From NCBI RefSeq assembly GCF_009914755.1, contig NC_060931.1: a stretch of DNA of 64,000 bases; one strand, given 5' to 3'. Source of the DNA: the human T2T-CHM13v2.0 reference genome, Homo sapiens. The notes beneath the pieces were generated by a model, which ran no database searches, was not told where the DNA came from, and saw nothing but the letters and a program-made list of their open reading frames with translations. Shown here piece by piece: positions 1 to 21,525 of this stretch. The number at the start of each line of letters is the position of its first letter. The first letter of the stretch is position 1. A program made the position numbers and the translations under genes.

Positions 1-56
1 AGTAGAGACGTACGTTTCTCCATGTTGGCCAGGCTGGTCTTGAATTCCTGACCTTA

Positions 57-164
<108 letters not shown>

Positions 165-501
165 TTAAGTAGTAGAATCAGAACTCACAAAGGGTTAATA
201 TCCAAAATATGTAAGAAACTCTTTGGGCGGGCACAATGGCTCATGTCTGTAATCCCAGCGTTTTGTGAGGCTGAGGCGGGCAGATCACAAGATCAGGAGT
301 TCGAGACCAGTCTGGCCAACATGGTGAAACCCTGTCTCTATTAAAAATACAAAAATTAGCCAGGTGTGGTGGTGTATGCCTGTAATCCCAGCTACTCGGG
401 AGGCTGAAGCAGGAGAAATCACTTGAAACTGGGAAGCAGAGGTTGCAGTGAGCCGAAATCATGCCACTGTACTCCAGCCTGGGTGACAGAATGGGACTCT
501 A

Positions 502-783
<282 letters not shown>

Positions 784-839
784 CTACAGCCTGGGCAACA
801 CAGCAAGACTCCATCTCAAAAAAAAAAAAAAAGGAAAAA

Positions 840-2510
<1,671 letters not shown>

Positions 2511-3037
2511 ACAGAAACAAAAAAATCTCAAGCCAAGCTGTCCTTTTGCCAAAACATAAAAATAGCCAGAGAGGGCCAGGTGCCACGGCTCACGCCTGTA
2601 ATCCCAGCACTTTGGGAGGCCGAGGTGGGTGGATGGCCTGAGGTCAGGAGTTCGAGACCAGCCTGGCCAACCTGGTGAAAACCCGTCTCTACTAAAAATA
2701 CAAAAATTAGCTGGGCGTGGTGGTGGGCACCTGTAATCCCAGCTACTTGGGAGGCTGAGGCAGGAGAATCGCTTGAACCCCGGGGGGGGCGGAGGTTGCA
2801 GTTAGCCGAGATCGTGCCACTTCACTCCAGCCTGGGTGAAAGAGTGAGACTCCGCCTCAAAAAAAAAAAAAAAAAAAAAAAGAAGCCAGAGAACAGCTGT
2901 GTAGTAGCACATCAAGGTCATTAATGTTTGCCAAGTGCTGGCTCTGTAGTTCCTGTGGAGGCTTCAGAGGAGGATCTGACATGTTCCTGGCCTAAGGAGT
3001 TTTTTGTTTTTTGGGTTTTTTTTTTTTTTTTTTTTGA

Positions 3038-3157
<120 letters not shown>

Positions 3158-3707
3158 TAATCATGCACCGCCACGCCCGGCTAATTTTGTATTTTTAGTA
3201 GAGACGGGGTTTCTCTGTGTTGGTCAGGTTGGTTTTGAACTCTCCACCCCAGGTCATCTGCCTGCCTTGGCCTCCCAAAGTGCTGGGATTACAGGCATGA
3301 GCCACCGCACCTGGCCTAGTTTTTAATCTAGCTGGGGACGCAAAAGATAAACATAACAAACAATTATACTGCAGTGTATATATTCTTTGTTTTCTTAAAC
3401 ACTGTCACAGAGACATAAATATTCCCAGATGGGAAAAAGATCAATAATGCTCAGAGATAATCCATGAAATTCTCCCTCTCAAGAGCGAACATAGAAAGTA
3501 TGAAAAGTTGTTATTTACACATAGTGGGAAAAGCAAAATAATTGGTCTCTCAGCCCATCTGGGAGCCTGAAAGTTATGAGGACAGACAATTCTAAAACTA
3601 CTGCTCCCTTTTCAGACATTGTTGGAACACCATTTGAAGGGTGTTCTTTATTTGGAAGCTCTTTTTTTTCCTTTTTTCCTCTTTTTTTTTTTTTTTTTTT
3701 TTTTTGA

Positions 3708-3956
<249 letters not shown>

Positions 3957-4276
3957 TGAGATTAGAGGCATGAGCCACTGCACTTGCCCTACATTTTTTT
4001 TATTTTAATTTAATTTTTATTTTTTGATACAGGGTCTTACTCTCTTGCCCAGGCTGGAGTGCTACCACACTTGGGCAAAAAACAAAAAAATTGGACTTAA
4101 TAAAAATTTAAAACTTTTGTGCATCTAAAGACACTATCAAGAAGGTGAAAAAAAAAAAACAGAATGGGAGAGAGTATTTGCAAACCATATACCTGATAAG
4201 AGTGTAGTATCCAGAATATATAAAGAACTCTTACAACTCGATAATAAAAAGAAAATCTAATTTTTTTTTTTTTTAA

Positions 4277-4378
<102 letters not shown>

Positions 4379-4741
4379 TGAGTAGCTGGGATTACAGGTG
4401 TGCACCACCACACACAGCTAATTTTTGTATTTTTTAGTAGAGACAAGGTTTCACCATGTTGGCCAGGATGGTCTCGATCTCTTGACCTCGTGATCCACCC
4501 GCCTCGGCCCCCCACAGTGCTGGGATTACAGGCGTGAGCCACTGTGCCTAGTGACAACCTAATTTTTCAAATGGGCAAATGATTTCAATAGACATGTCTA
4601 CAAAGAAGATATGCAAATGGCCAATGAGCACATGAAAAGAGACTCAACATCATTGGTCATTCGGGAAATGCAAATCAAAACCACAAGATATCACTTCCTA
4701 CTCAGTAGGATGCCGAAAAATTTTGGGGTTTTTTTTTTTGA

Positions 4742-4900
<159 letters not shown>

Positions 4901-4906
4901 TAATAG

Positions 4907-5029
<123 letters not shown>

Positions 5030-5267
5030 TAAAATTAAAAAGGTAGGCAGTATGTTTCTCATACTTTATAATTATTTTTTTAAAAAGGCAGTAGCAAGTG
5101 TTAGTGAAGATGTGGGGGTATCAGAACCATTGTGTGTTGCTGGTGGGAATTTAGAATCATGTAGCCCCTGTAGAAAACAGTTTGTCAGTTCCTCAAAGGG
5201 TAAACATAGAGTTACCGTATGTGCTGTTCCACTCCTAGGTATAACCTCAGGAGAATTGAGAACATAA

Positions 5268-6679
<1,412 letters not shown>

Positions 6680-7184
6680 CGTGTCCACGCAAACACTCAT
6701 ACATGAATGGTCAGAGAAGCATCATTTGAGATAGAGTTTCACTCTTGTCACCCAGGCTGGAGTGCAATGGCGTGATCTGAGCTCACTGTAACTTCCAGAT
6801 GCAAGATGGATCACTTGCATCTGGGAGCCAAAAGTAGGAATGGTCCAAATGCCCATCATCTGATGAATGGATAAATGAGATGTGGTCTATCCATACAATG
6901 GAATATCATTCAGCAATAAGAAGGAATGGAGTTCTGATACTTGCTGCATGATGAATGAATCTCAAAAACATGCTAAGCAAAAGAAGTCATATAACACTAT
7001 ATATTGTATGATTCCATTTATATGAAATATCCATTTATGTGAAAATTCACAGAGACAGAAATAGATGAGTGGTTGCGGGGGGAGGAGGAGAGTAGGGAGT
7101 GACTGATAATAGGTGTGAGGTTTCTTTGGCAGGTGATGAAACATTCTGGAATTCTACCATGGTGATGGTTGCACAACCTTGTGA

Positions 7185-7400
<216 letters not shown>

Positions 7401-7969
7401 TAATTTTACTAGAGACTGAGTTTCACCATTTTGGTCAGGCTAGTCTCAAACTCCTAACCTCAAAAGATCCACCCGCCTTGGCCTCCCAAAGTGCTGGGCT
7501 TATAGGCATGAGCCACCGCACCCAGCCTGAATTGTACTCTTTAAAATGGTGACTTTTATGTAGGTGGATTATGTCAATTATATGTTTATTCCTTTTTTAA
7601 AAACAGAAAAATAAAATAGTAATGCAAATCACAGCGGCAGACTTTAAAACCAAAAGGAATCTGGCTTTTATAGTATCTAGGAATAAAACGATTCAGTTTG
7701 ATGGAAAAATAGTATTTTAAAATCCTAGTGAGTTCATTCTAAGTTCAGTTACAACTAAAATGCTTAACAATGAGTTCAGTCTTCAGTCAACATTAAATCT
7801 CTTCTATCAGTCATGTTTTATGATGTCTCAGACCCATCTAAACGTATTTTACAATTTTAACAATCTTAAAGGTTTACATTTTAGAGGGGCAATAAAACAA
7901 TTTCCATCAAGTCTCCTTGTTTTCTACATTGAACAGCAAGAAACCTGGAAATCTTCCACTTACTACTGA

Positions 7970-8315
<346 letters not shown>

Positions 8316-8480
8316 TAATTTTATTTATTTTTGAGACAGAGTCTCGCTCTGTCTCTGCCTCCCAGGTTCCAGGGATTCTCCTGCCTCAGACTCCTGAGTA
8401 GCTGAGATTACAAGCAGGCACCACCACACCCAGCTAGCTTTTGTATTTTTAGTAGAGACAGGGTTTCACCATACTGGCTA

Positions 8481-8627
<147 letters not shown>

Positions 8628-9914
8628 TCAAAAAAGAAAAAATAGCCTTATCAGTTTCACGTCAAGTTTTGCTACAAAATGGAATTGAATATATCCATCA
8701 TTCTTTCAAAAAGCATGTGTGTATGCATGTGTGCTGAGAAGACTACAAGCAGTATCACGTTGTTTAAATAGTGAGAAAGGAGTAGTGATGGGAGGTGAAG
8801 CTGCAGAGGTGGGCAAGGCCAGAAGCACCCCACCTGCTGAGCATGAATTCCATTCTATAGCCACTGCTCCCCAACATTGGGCCAAACACATATAAACGCT
8901 CCATGCAAAAAATATGTGACACAAGTACATATTACAGTTTCAGATTGCCATTTCTTATAACAAAAGTCAACATAATAGCATTGTTGACTTCATAGTCATT
9001 ATATATTTCTGATTAAAAAATAATAATAATAATATTTTGTTTCCATGATATGAAGAAAATTAAAATGTGGCATAGTTTTAGGCAACTGATGATATGAAAG
9101 AAAATAAAATTCCTTTTGATCTTGACATTAGACCGCTAGAGAAATAAATAGAATCTTCATATGCAACCCTTGGTCCTAGAGTGAGCAAGATTTACATGGC
9201 CATAAAAAAAGGGGCTGTTTATTCATTTTCAGGTTCACAGTTAACCTCCAGAGTTTTGAATAAAACATATAAGACTTGATTGTGGTTTCAGGACGGAACA
9301 AAATGTCAGTATATTTGACAAGGGGACAGCCAATTACATATAACAAAGGTGAGAGTTGGAAGTCGGTGAGGAAAGGTGGAGGGATTGGTAGGCATCCTAC
9401 CCAAAGAATCAACATGCTAACTAAAGTTCACATAATAAGGACTAGAGCTATAAGTGTACCATGTATAATTACAAAAATAGCTAAGAGAATAACTAAAGAT
9501 ACCTATAACATACTGGGAGAATAGCACAAAGGAAGGAAAATTATGACCTAAATTACTTTTCTTGTGAGTAATGGATTGATACTGTCATAAACCAAGAAAT
9601 AAAGTATAATTATATTGTTTTAATCATAAAAGTAATCACTCAGAAAACTAAAAACACACAATAAAAAGAAATTTCTTGCCAGGTGTGGTGGTTCACGCCT
9701 GTCATCTCAGCACCTTGGGAGGCCAAGGCGGAAGGATTGTTTGATTGCTTGAGGCCAGGAGGTCAAGACCAGCCTGGGCTGGGTATAGAGAGACCTCTTC
9801 TGTACTAAAAATTTTTTAAAAATTAGCTGGGCATGGTCCCAGCTACTTAGAGGGCTGAGGCAGGAAGATCACTTGAGCCTAGGAGTTCCAATCCAGCCTG
9901 GATGATAGAACCCA

Positions 9915-9971
9915 GAAGAAAGAAAGAAGAGAGAGAAAGAAGGGAAGGAAAGAAAGAAGAAAAGAAAGAAA

Positions 9972-10003
<32 letters not shown>

Positions 10004-10148
10004 AAAAAGGAAAGAAAGAAAAAAGGAAAGAAAGAAAAAAGAAAGAAAGAAAAAAGAAGAAAGAAGGGAGGGAGGGAAAAAGAAAGAGAGAGGGAGGGAG
10101 GGAGCGAGGAAGGAAAGAAGGAAGGAAGGGAGGCAGGGAGGGAAGGAA
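9915..10148 (+). repeat. Polypurine (AAAG)n/(GGAA)n/(GGGA)n tract grown from an Alu tail
   Basis: Direct reading. Confidence 0.9.
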
Positions 10149-10581
10149 TTTCTTTGGGGATGTGGGAAGCTGAAGCAGGAGATCACTTATTTCTGTTATA
10201 AACTCATTTTACTATTGGATTTGTTGCCATGTGCCCTTATTACTTCAACAAAAAAATTTATAAATTTAAAGAAAGCTAAACAAAAAAACAATATGAAACT
10301 TACATGTTTAATAGAATCTCTTACAGCTCAGGAAGGAAAAGATGGAGGCATCAGGGACATGAAGAATACATACAGTGGCTGGCAAATCTATGAAACTGTG
10401 TTCACCCGCACCGTACCTTCACATTAAAGGGAGTTATAATTCTTCTCTGTCAGATTTGCAAGAATTTAAAAGACTGATTATACCAAGTGCAAGGGAAATA
10501 GGCACTCGAACTATTGGCAGACGTGTAAATTGGTACAACCTTTCTCAAAGGCAATGAGGCATTGGATGACAGAATTCTTGA

Positions 10582-11032
<451 letters not shown>

Positions 11033-12445
11033 TAGAGAAGTGGCTAAACAAATGATAATATATTCCCATAATAGAATGCCATATAGAAGCTCTTAAGTAA
11101 GGCTATTGATTGTTGAACTGTGTTTTCCAATATTTATCTATATAATGATCCCAATTTATAAAATTATTATTATTTTGTTTGTTTGTTTTGAGACAGAGTT
11201 TCGCTCTTGTTGCCCAGGATGGAGTGCAATGGTCTTGGCTCACTGCAACCTCCGCCTCCTGGGTTCAAGTGATTCTCCTGCCTCAGCCTCCTGAGTAGCT
11301 GGGATTACAGGCATGCGCCACCACACCCAGCTAATTTTTGTATGTTTAGTAGAGACAGGGTTTCACCATGTTGACCAGGCTGGTCTCGAACTCCTGACCT
11401 CTGGTGATCCACCCACCTCAGCTTCCTAAAGTGCTGGGATTACAGGCATGAGCCACCACGCCTGGCCAATTTATAAAATTATTTAATTACATAATTTTAT
11501 AGATGGAATGATTTCAGCAAAGATGTTATCCAAAACTGTGTTTAGTCTTTCAACAAATATTTCTTGAGCACTACTAGGTATCAGACAATAAAATACAATG
11601 AAAAGAGTTCCTGTTTCCAAAGAACTTGCAGCCTACTGTGGAAGAAAGACAAGCATTCCGCCAGGCACAATGGCTCACACCTGTATTCCCAGCACTTTGG
11701 AAAGCCGAGGTGGGCGGATTGCTTGAGCCTAGGGGTTCAAGACTAGCCTGGGCAACATGGCAAAACCCCATCTCTACCTCAAATACAGAAATTCAGTGGG
11801 TGTGGTGGAGCCCACCTGTAGTCCTCGCTACCTGGGAGGCTGAGGTGGGAGGATCACCTGAGCCTGGGAGGTTGAAGCTGCAGTTAGCCATGATCATGCA
11901 CTGCACTACAGCATGGACAACACAGTGAGACTCTGTCTCAAAAAGAAAAAAGGCAAATATTCAGGTATGACAAATATGGCGATAAGGTTAGTGAAGGATG
12001 CTCTGGCAACATAAGAGAGGGCTCCTTCTCTTGTGAGTCTTGAGACCTGGGGGTGCTTCTGTAGGGAAGTCTAAATTGAGACTTCAAAAGAAGTAGTAGT
12101 TGACCAAGAGAAAAAGGGTGACGTTAGAATTACTTACAGGGTTTAGATTTTAGGTTTCTCGGTTCTCTTTTTTACTTTATATTTTTATGCATTGTTTGAA
12201 TTTTTATTTATTTGTTTTTATTTATTTTGGGGCGGAGTCTCACTCTGCCTCACCCAGGCTGGAGTACAGTGGCGTGATCTCGGCTCACTGAGCCTCTGCC
12301 TCCTGGGTTCAAGCGATTTTCCTGTCTCAGCCTCCCGAGTAGCTGCGACTACAGGTGTGTGCCACCACGCCTGGGCAATTTTGTATTTTTAGTAGAGACA
12401 GGGTTTCACCATGTTGGCTAGGCTTGTCTTGAACCCCTGACCTCA

Positions 12446-12541
<96 letters not shown>

Positions 12542-12570
12542 TCACCAAGAATTCTTTTTTGAAAAAATGA

Positions 12571-13071
<501 letters not shown>

Positions 13072-14040
13072 TGAATTCCTGACCTCAGGTGCTCCACCTG
13101 CCTCAGCCTCCCAAAGTGCTAGGATTACAGGCGTGAGCCACCGCACCCTGGTCTGCCCGGCTAATTTTTAAAATTTTGGTAGAAACGGGGTCTTACCATG
13201 TTGACCAGACTGGTCTTAAACTCCTGGGCTCAGACAATCTTCCTGCCTCAGTCTCCCAGAGTGCTGGGACTTACAGATGTGAGCCACCATGCCCAGCCAA
13301 GGCCTGTGTTTTTGTGCCACATGCCCCCACCTGCTCTCCATTACTGGCCATGACCTATTGGGTCAGGGATAGGCACTTGACCTGGAGACGATCAAATGAT
13401 TGGTCAGAAGTCCACATGGTAGCCTGGCATAAGAGGCCCTGTTTGATAGTGGTGATGGGTGCACAATATTGTGAATGTACTACATGCCATTGAAATGTTC
13501 ATTTTAAAACTGTTACAGGCTGGGCATGGTGGTGCATACCTGTAATCCCAGCACTTTGGGATGCCACGGTGGAAGGATTGCTTGAGGTCAGGAATTTGAG
13601 ACCAGCCTAGGCAACAGAGTGAGACCCCCATCTCTACAAAAATAATACTACTACTAATAAATTTAAAAATAAAAAATTTACAATGGCAAATTTGAAGTTA
13701 TGTGTATTTTACCATAGTTTTTAAAAATTAAAAGTACAAGAAAAAATTGCCAAAAAAATACAGGTACCCAGTAAATGTTTGTAGCAGATATAAGCCACAA
13801 ATTACAAGACAAAAATATTAAGATTCTAATGGCCAGTCTGGGCAATAGAGTGAGACCTGGTCTCTACAAAAAAAGTTTTTTAAAAAATTAGCCCTGTGTG
13901 GTGGCACGTGCCTGTGGTCCCAGCTACTTGGGAGGCTGAGGTGGGAGAATCACTTGAGCCTGAAAGGTGGGGGCTCCAGTGAACCGTGATCATGCCACCC
14001 ACTGCACTCCAGCCTGGGCAACAGAGGCAGACCCTGCCTC

Positions 14041-14630
14041 AAAAAAAAAAAAAAAAAAAAGAAGAAGAAGTGGAAGAGGAAGAACAAGAGGAGGAGAAGG
14101 AGGAAAAGAAGAGGAAGAAGAAGAGGAAGAAGGATAAGAAGAGGAAGAGGAAGAGGAGAAGGAAGAAAAGAAGAAGGAGAAGAAAAAGAAGAAGGAGAAG
14201 GAGGAGGAGAAGGAGAAGAAGAAGAGGAAGAAGAAGAAGAGAGAAGAGAAGGAAGAAGGAGGAAGATGAAAGAAGATAATCCCAATAGATTCACAGGCAA
14301 ATTGTAGGAACAAACAATTCACAAGAGGACATGTAAATTATAATTTTGAAATCTTTACATATAATTTTATGCCAACTAAATTAACAAACATGGAAAAGAA
14401 AGAAGGAAGAAAGGACAGAGGAAGGGAGGAAAGAGGAAAGGAGGGAAGGAAGAAGTAATGAAAAAGAGGAGAAGTTGGCAGGAATGGAGAGAGGGAAAAA
14501 AGAAAGGAAGGAGGGAAGGGAAGAAAGGAAGGGATGAGGGAAGAGTAGAGGTGGGAATGAAGCAAGAGGAGGAAGGAAAGAATGGAGGGAAAGAAGGAGG
14601 GGAAAAGAAGGGAGGGGGAAGGAAGAAAGC
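14041..14630 (+). repeat. Two polypurine tracts: (GAA/GAG)n 14041-14278 and GA-rich 14392-14630
   Basis: Direct reading. Confidence 0.9.
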
Positions 14631-14709
14631 CAGTAGTCATGGTGAAATCGAGATTAAACTTACTCCATTTCTTCTGCCTGCATTTCCTCATCTGGGAATA
14701 AAAATAATT

Positions 14710-15125
14710 CTACCTGCCGGTGGGAGAAATTGCTATTGCCTACCCAACATCAGGGTTTCCCTTGTACCTTGCTGGTGGCAGTGGCCACTGAGATGCAGGT
14801 GAAGGTTGTTGGGGCTTCAGGGAAAACCTTCTTCTGCCCCTTGTCTCTTCCTCACACCCCCTCGCTAGACTAGAGGCAGGGTGGCTGGCCCTCTGGCTGG
14901 CATCTCAGGTCATGATGCAAATTGAAAGACGGAAACTTTGGACCGAATCTGGCCAGCATAAGACAGGAACAGCCTGGAAACCGAGGACCAAGAGATCTCC
15001 CGCAGCCTCGGACTGCTCACCTCCAGACACCACGTATGAAGGAAAGAAATACACCTCTTAGATCCAAGCCACTGTGATTTCTGGTCTCTGTTACTTGCAG
15101 TTTTGTGCAATTCTCAACTGATAAA
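14710..15125 (+). mobile_element. Old MLT1-like LTR
   Basis: 3' end AAGCCACTGTGATTTCTGGTCTCTGTTACTTGCAG...CTGATA resembles MLT1H/J-type termini. Confidence 0.5.
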
Positions 15126-15373
15126 CTTTCTCTTAAGTGTGTGATGACAATGAAATTAGATGATGTTTATAAAATATGTCAATGTGCCATTGCATCAAAA
15201 GTCCTCATGGTAGTACTGTCTCTCACCTCTGAGCAAAGCCATCGAACAAATTTTTACAATTCACCATAATCACAAAGCATTTACTCAGGAAATGTTTTAA
15301 CGTATGTACAGGCTGGGGGCGGTGGCTCACACCTGTAATCCCAGCACTTTGGGAGGCCCAGGAGGGTGGATCA

Positions 15374-15791
<418 letters not shown>

Positions 15792-16744
15792 TTACCAAAT
15801 ACATATATGTCTCCAAAAGGCATTTATTGCTAATATTCTGCTAATATTAGAACACACTGGGATCAAATAAAAAATTACCCAAAGAGGGGAGGAAAAAGTC
15901 ACTTGTTTTCTAAACTAGGTTGATTTTATTTCATGGGTAAACTTGAGTGGTGTTGGGAAATTGTGACCTCAGTGTGCTACTTTCCTACTGGAAAATAAGA
16001 CCTCAAAACCTCTCCAAACTAGTCACTTCATCTTACTTATGAGAGGCACGACAAAATGGATACTTTTCACCAAAATTCTCCTGTGTTCTACATTGCAAAA
16101 TCAATATATTTTAGAGGAAGAAGAAGCTTTCAAACTTCAGTTCTTCCAAAGGCATAGTTGGTGCAGGGGGTGGGGTGAGGGTGGAAAAAAAGGGCTGGTG
16201 GTGAGGTGTGGCTCCGAGGAGCAAGTCAGCCCTCGCCCCGCCACCGGAACAGCGTTCAGTGCCCGTCACTTGTAACACTGGTCTTCCCAATGCATAGCCC
16301 TTGAAGATAATCAGGGCCGGGTGGGTCCCCGGTGTCAGGGGAATTTGCCAAGAGGGGGAAGAAACAAACGTACAGGTTTACCTGCAACAGAGAAAGTCCT
16401 CATTCCCACCCTATTAGGATACAGAGTTTTCAACAACAGGATTCCTTTGGTGGAGCAAGTTGCAGGGCACAGGGCTGTTGGCAGGAGATTATCAGGATTG
16501 TAGCGTTCACATCTGTACCTTGGAAAGGGGCTTACTCTCCAAGTCATTAAAAGGACACTCAAACACAAACTCAAAGTTAGTTAGCATATATATGAAATGT
16601 ATTTTCTTGGTAGTCTCTAGAGTTTCAGCCAAAAGCTACATGAAGAAAGAAGAGAACAACATGTTTGAGAGATGGAGATGAGGAACATTATTGAGAGACA
16701 GAGCTTGCAATCTTAACTCAGCAATGGAATGCTGGAAAGGCTGA

Positions 16745-17016
<272 letters not shown>

Positions 17017-17121
17017 TGATCCACCCACCTCAGCCTCCCAAAGTGCTGGGATTACAGGCGTGAGCCACCGCACCTGGCTGGTTTCCTGTGTCATTCTAAA
17101 TCCTTTCTAACCCAGTAAGAG

Positions 17122-17166
17122 GATGGATGGATGGATGGATGGATGGATGGATGGATGGATGGATGG
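17122..17166 (+). repeat. (GGAT)n tetranucleotide STR
   Basis: About 11 perfect units. Confidence 0.95.
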
Positions 17167-17626
17167 CAGATGGATGATCAGTTAGACCAACTCAGGAAAA
17201 TAGGGAATAACATGGAAAAGAATGCTTCGCGTCCCTCACTATAAGTTCCTAAAAAGCTACAATGGGAAAGTAATCCATGACCTACCTTCACAAAACCTGG
17301 TGAGAAACTGATAGATTGGGGATTTTCCCTGAACTCAGATGGAGTTCAAGCTTCATTAAAACAAATTCTAAAGGACTGATTGACATTTTATTCTATTGTA
17401 TTTTGTTATACTGATTGTTTTTTAACCAGAAATAATTGGGCCACCGTAGATCTTTTTTAAACTGAGTTTTGTGTGTGATGTGTGATGTAATTTGTTTTGC
17501 AATATCCAAGGAAATTTTCATGCTCCATTTGCCTTCGGCCACAAACTAACAGTCAATGCCCCACCCCACCCTCTACAGCAGCAGGAAAAAATAAGTCCAG
17601 ATCAATGTTGCCCACAAATTTCTCAC

Positions 17627-17810
17627 CTCTGTATATTCCTTGGACAGTCTTCCAATTTCAGGCTCTTTTGCTCCCCTCACCGTGGCCAAGTCTTAGACGG
17701 AAATTGGAGCACAGATGGCTTCTCAGGGGTGGCCAGACTTGTGTTCCCAAGACGCCTGGCTCCCTGGTCTTATCCTCTCCTTTCAGGTCGGGTCTCAGAT
17801 CAGGATTCTT
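17627..17810 (-). other. SVOPL: Probable non-coding first exon of SVOPL (5' end approximate); 1-17626 would then be SVOPL intron 1
   Basis: Donor AGAG|GTGAGA at 17627/17626 in unique sequence. Recalled gene order places SVOPL on the same strand about 5 kb downstream of ATP6V0A4. No SVOPL coding sequence is visible in the window. Confidence 0.5.
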
Positions 17811-18073
17811 TAAGGGCCAACTTCGCATTCTGGGCAAGTGAATGACACCTAGGGCACACCCTCTTCTCAGCAGCCTGCACTTGATCTCCTTTTAAAGGGG
17901 AAATTACATTTCTTGTTAAGACTGAAAGAGGCTGCCGAACTTTGGAGGAAATTACTATGTTGTTCTCAGGACAGCTGGAAGAATTTCTGAAAGAGAAGAC
18001 CTAGGCAAGGGGCAGAGGGAAGCTTTGCCCTTGCAAACATTTGCTCACAGCCATTGCTTAGAATTAAGGAGCA

Positions 18074-20140
<2,067 letters not shown>

Positions 20141-21378
20141 AGACTTAAGGATCAACAGGCTGGTGATCCATTTAAGCACAGGGTTCTTTTTAGATAGTTG
20201 TTGAGAAGGACATTTGTGAGCTGAGAACCTGAAAATCGTCCAGTGGCCATGGCAGCATGGGATTGGTAGATTTCTTATCCCTCCATTTGCATGCTGTCTT
20301 AGTCTATTCTCCCAGTTCAACCATCACTGACAGTATCTCCTCCACACCCAGGGCTTTACAACCACCTTTTCTACAGTCCAGAGAGGTGGAGATCATTATT
20401 TCCATTCGGCAATGAGGGGAACAACTCCATTTCTTTCCTGAGGGCACTCATGATAAAGCATCAAAGTTGGGACTCAAACATGTACACCTTCTGACCTTAG
20501 CTATCATTCTTTTGCTCAATCTCATTAAGTGAATATTGAGCATCTAATATGTGCCTTCCACTGTGCTGGAAAAGTCATGATACTGACATGGAAGGTGACA
20601 CAGAAGCTTCCTTTTAGGTTTGAGCAATGCCGCTTCCATGAGCACCAATCAGCTTTACCACACACAGGGCACGTAGGCACTTAAAAAACAGGGTCTCATC
20701 CAAAGCATATTTTGAATTTAATCAGCTCTTTTAGAACTTTACTAACAATGAAAATTTAGAACTGGCCAGATGCGGTGGCTCACACCTGTAATCCCAGCAC
20801 TTTGGGAGGCCAAGGCGGGTGGATCACTTGAGGCCAGGATTTCGAGACACCAGCCTGGCCAACACGGTGAAACCACGTCTCTACTAGAAGTACAAAAATT
20901 AGCCATGCATGGTGGCGGTTGCCTGTAATCCCAGCTACTCAGGAGGCTGAGGCTGGAGATTGCTTGAACCTGGGAGGCCGGAGGTCACAGCAAGCTAAGA
21001 TTGCACCACTAAACTCCAGCAAGTCCCTGAGACAGAGTGAGGCCCTGTCTCAAAAAAAAAAAAAAAAAAAAAAAAAGAAGAAAGAAAAAGAAAATTTAAA
21101 ATTAAATAAGATACTATTATTTTGTAAATTTTAAAAGCACTAAAAAAAAAAAAAAGATAATTATACTTAATTCTATCAGTATAGTTACCATGAAGATAAT
21201 AACCTACATGGATAAAGTCCATTCAGACAAAACAGTCAGTGGGGCCGGGTGCTCATGCCTGTAACCCCAGCACTTTGAGAGGCTGAGGCGGGAGGATAGC
21301 TTGAGCCCAGGAATTCAAGACCAGCCCGGGCAACACAGTGAGACACCCCCTACCCACGGCAACTCTACAAAAAAACTA

Positions 21379-21525
<147 letters not shown>

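Noticed and set aside
13950-14802. Lys/Arg/Glu-rich and Phe/Ser/Leu-rich ORFs (also 9869-10201)
   Set aside because: Translations of polypurine/polypyrimidine simple repeats.
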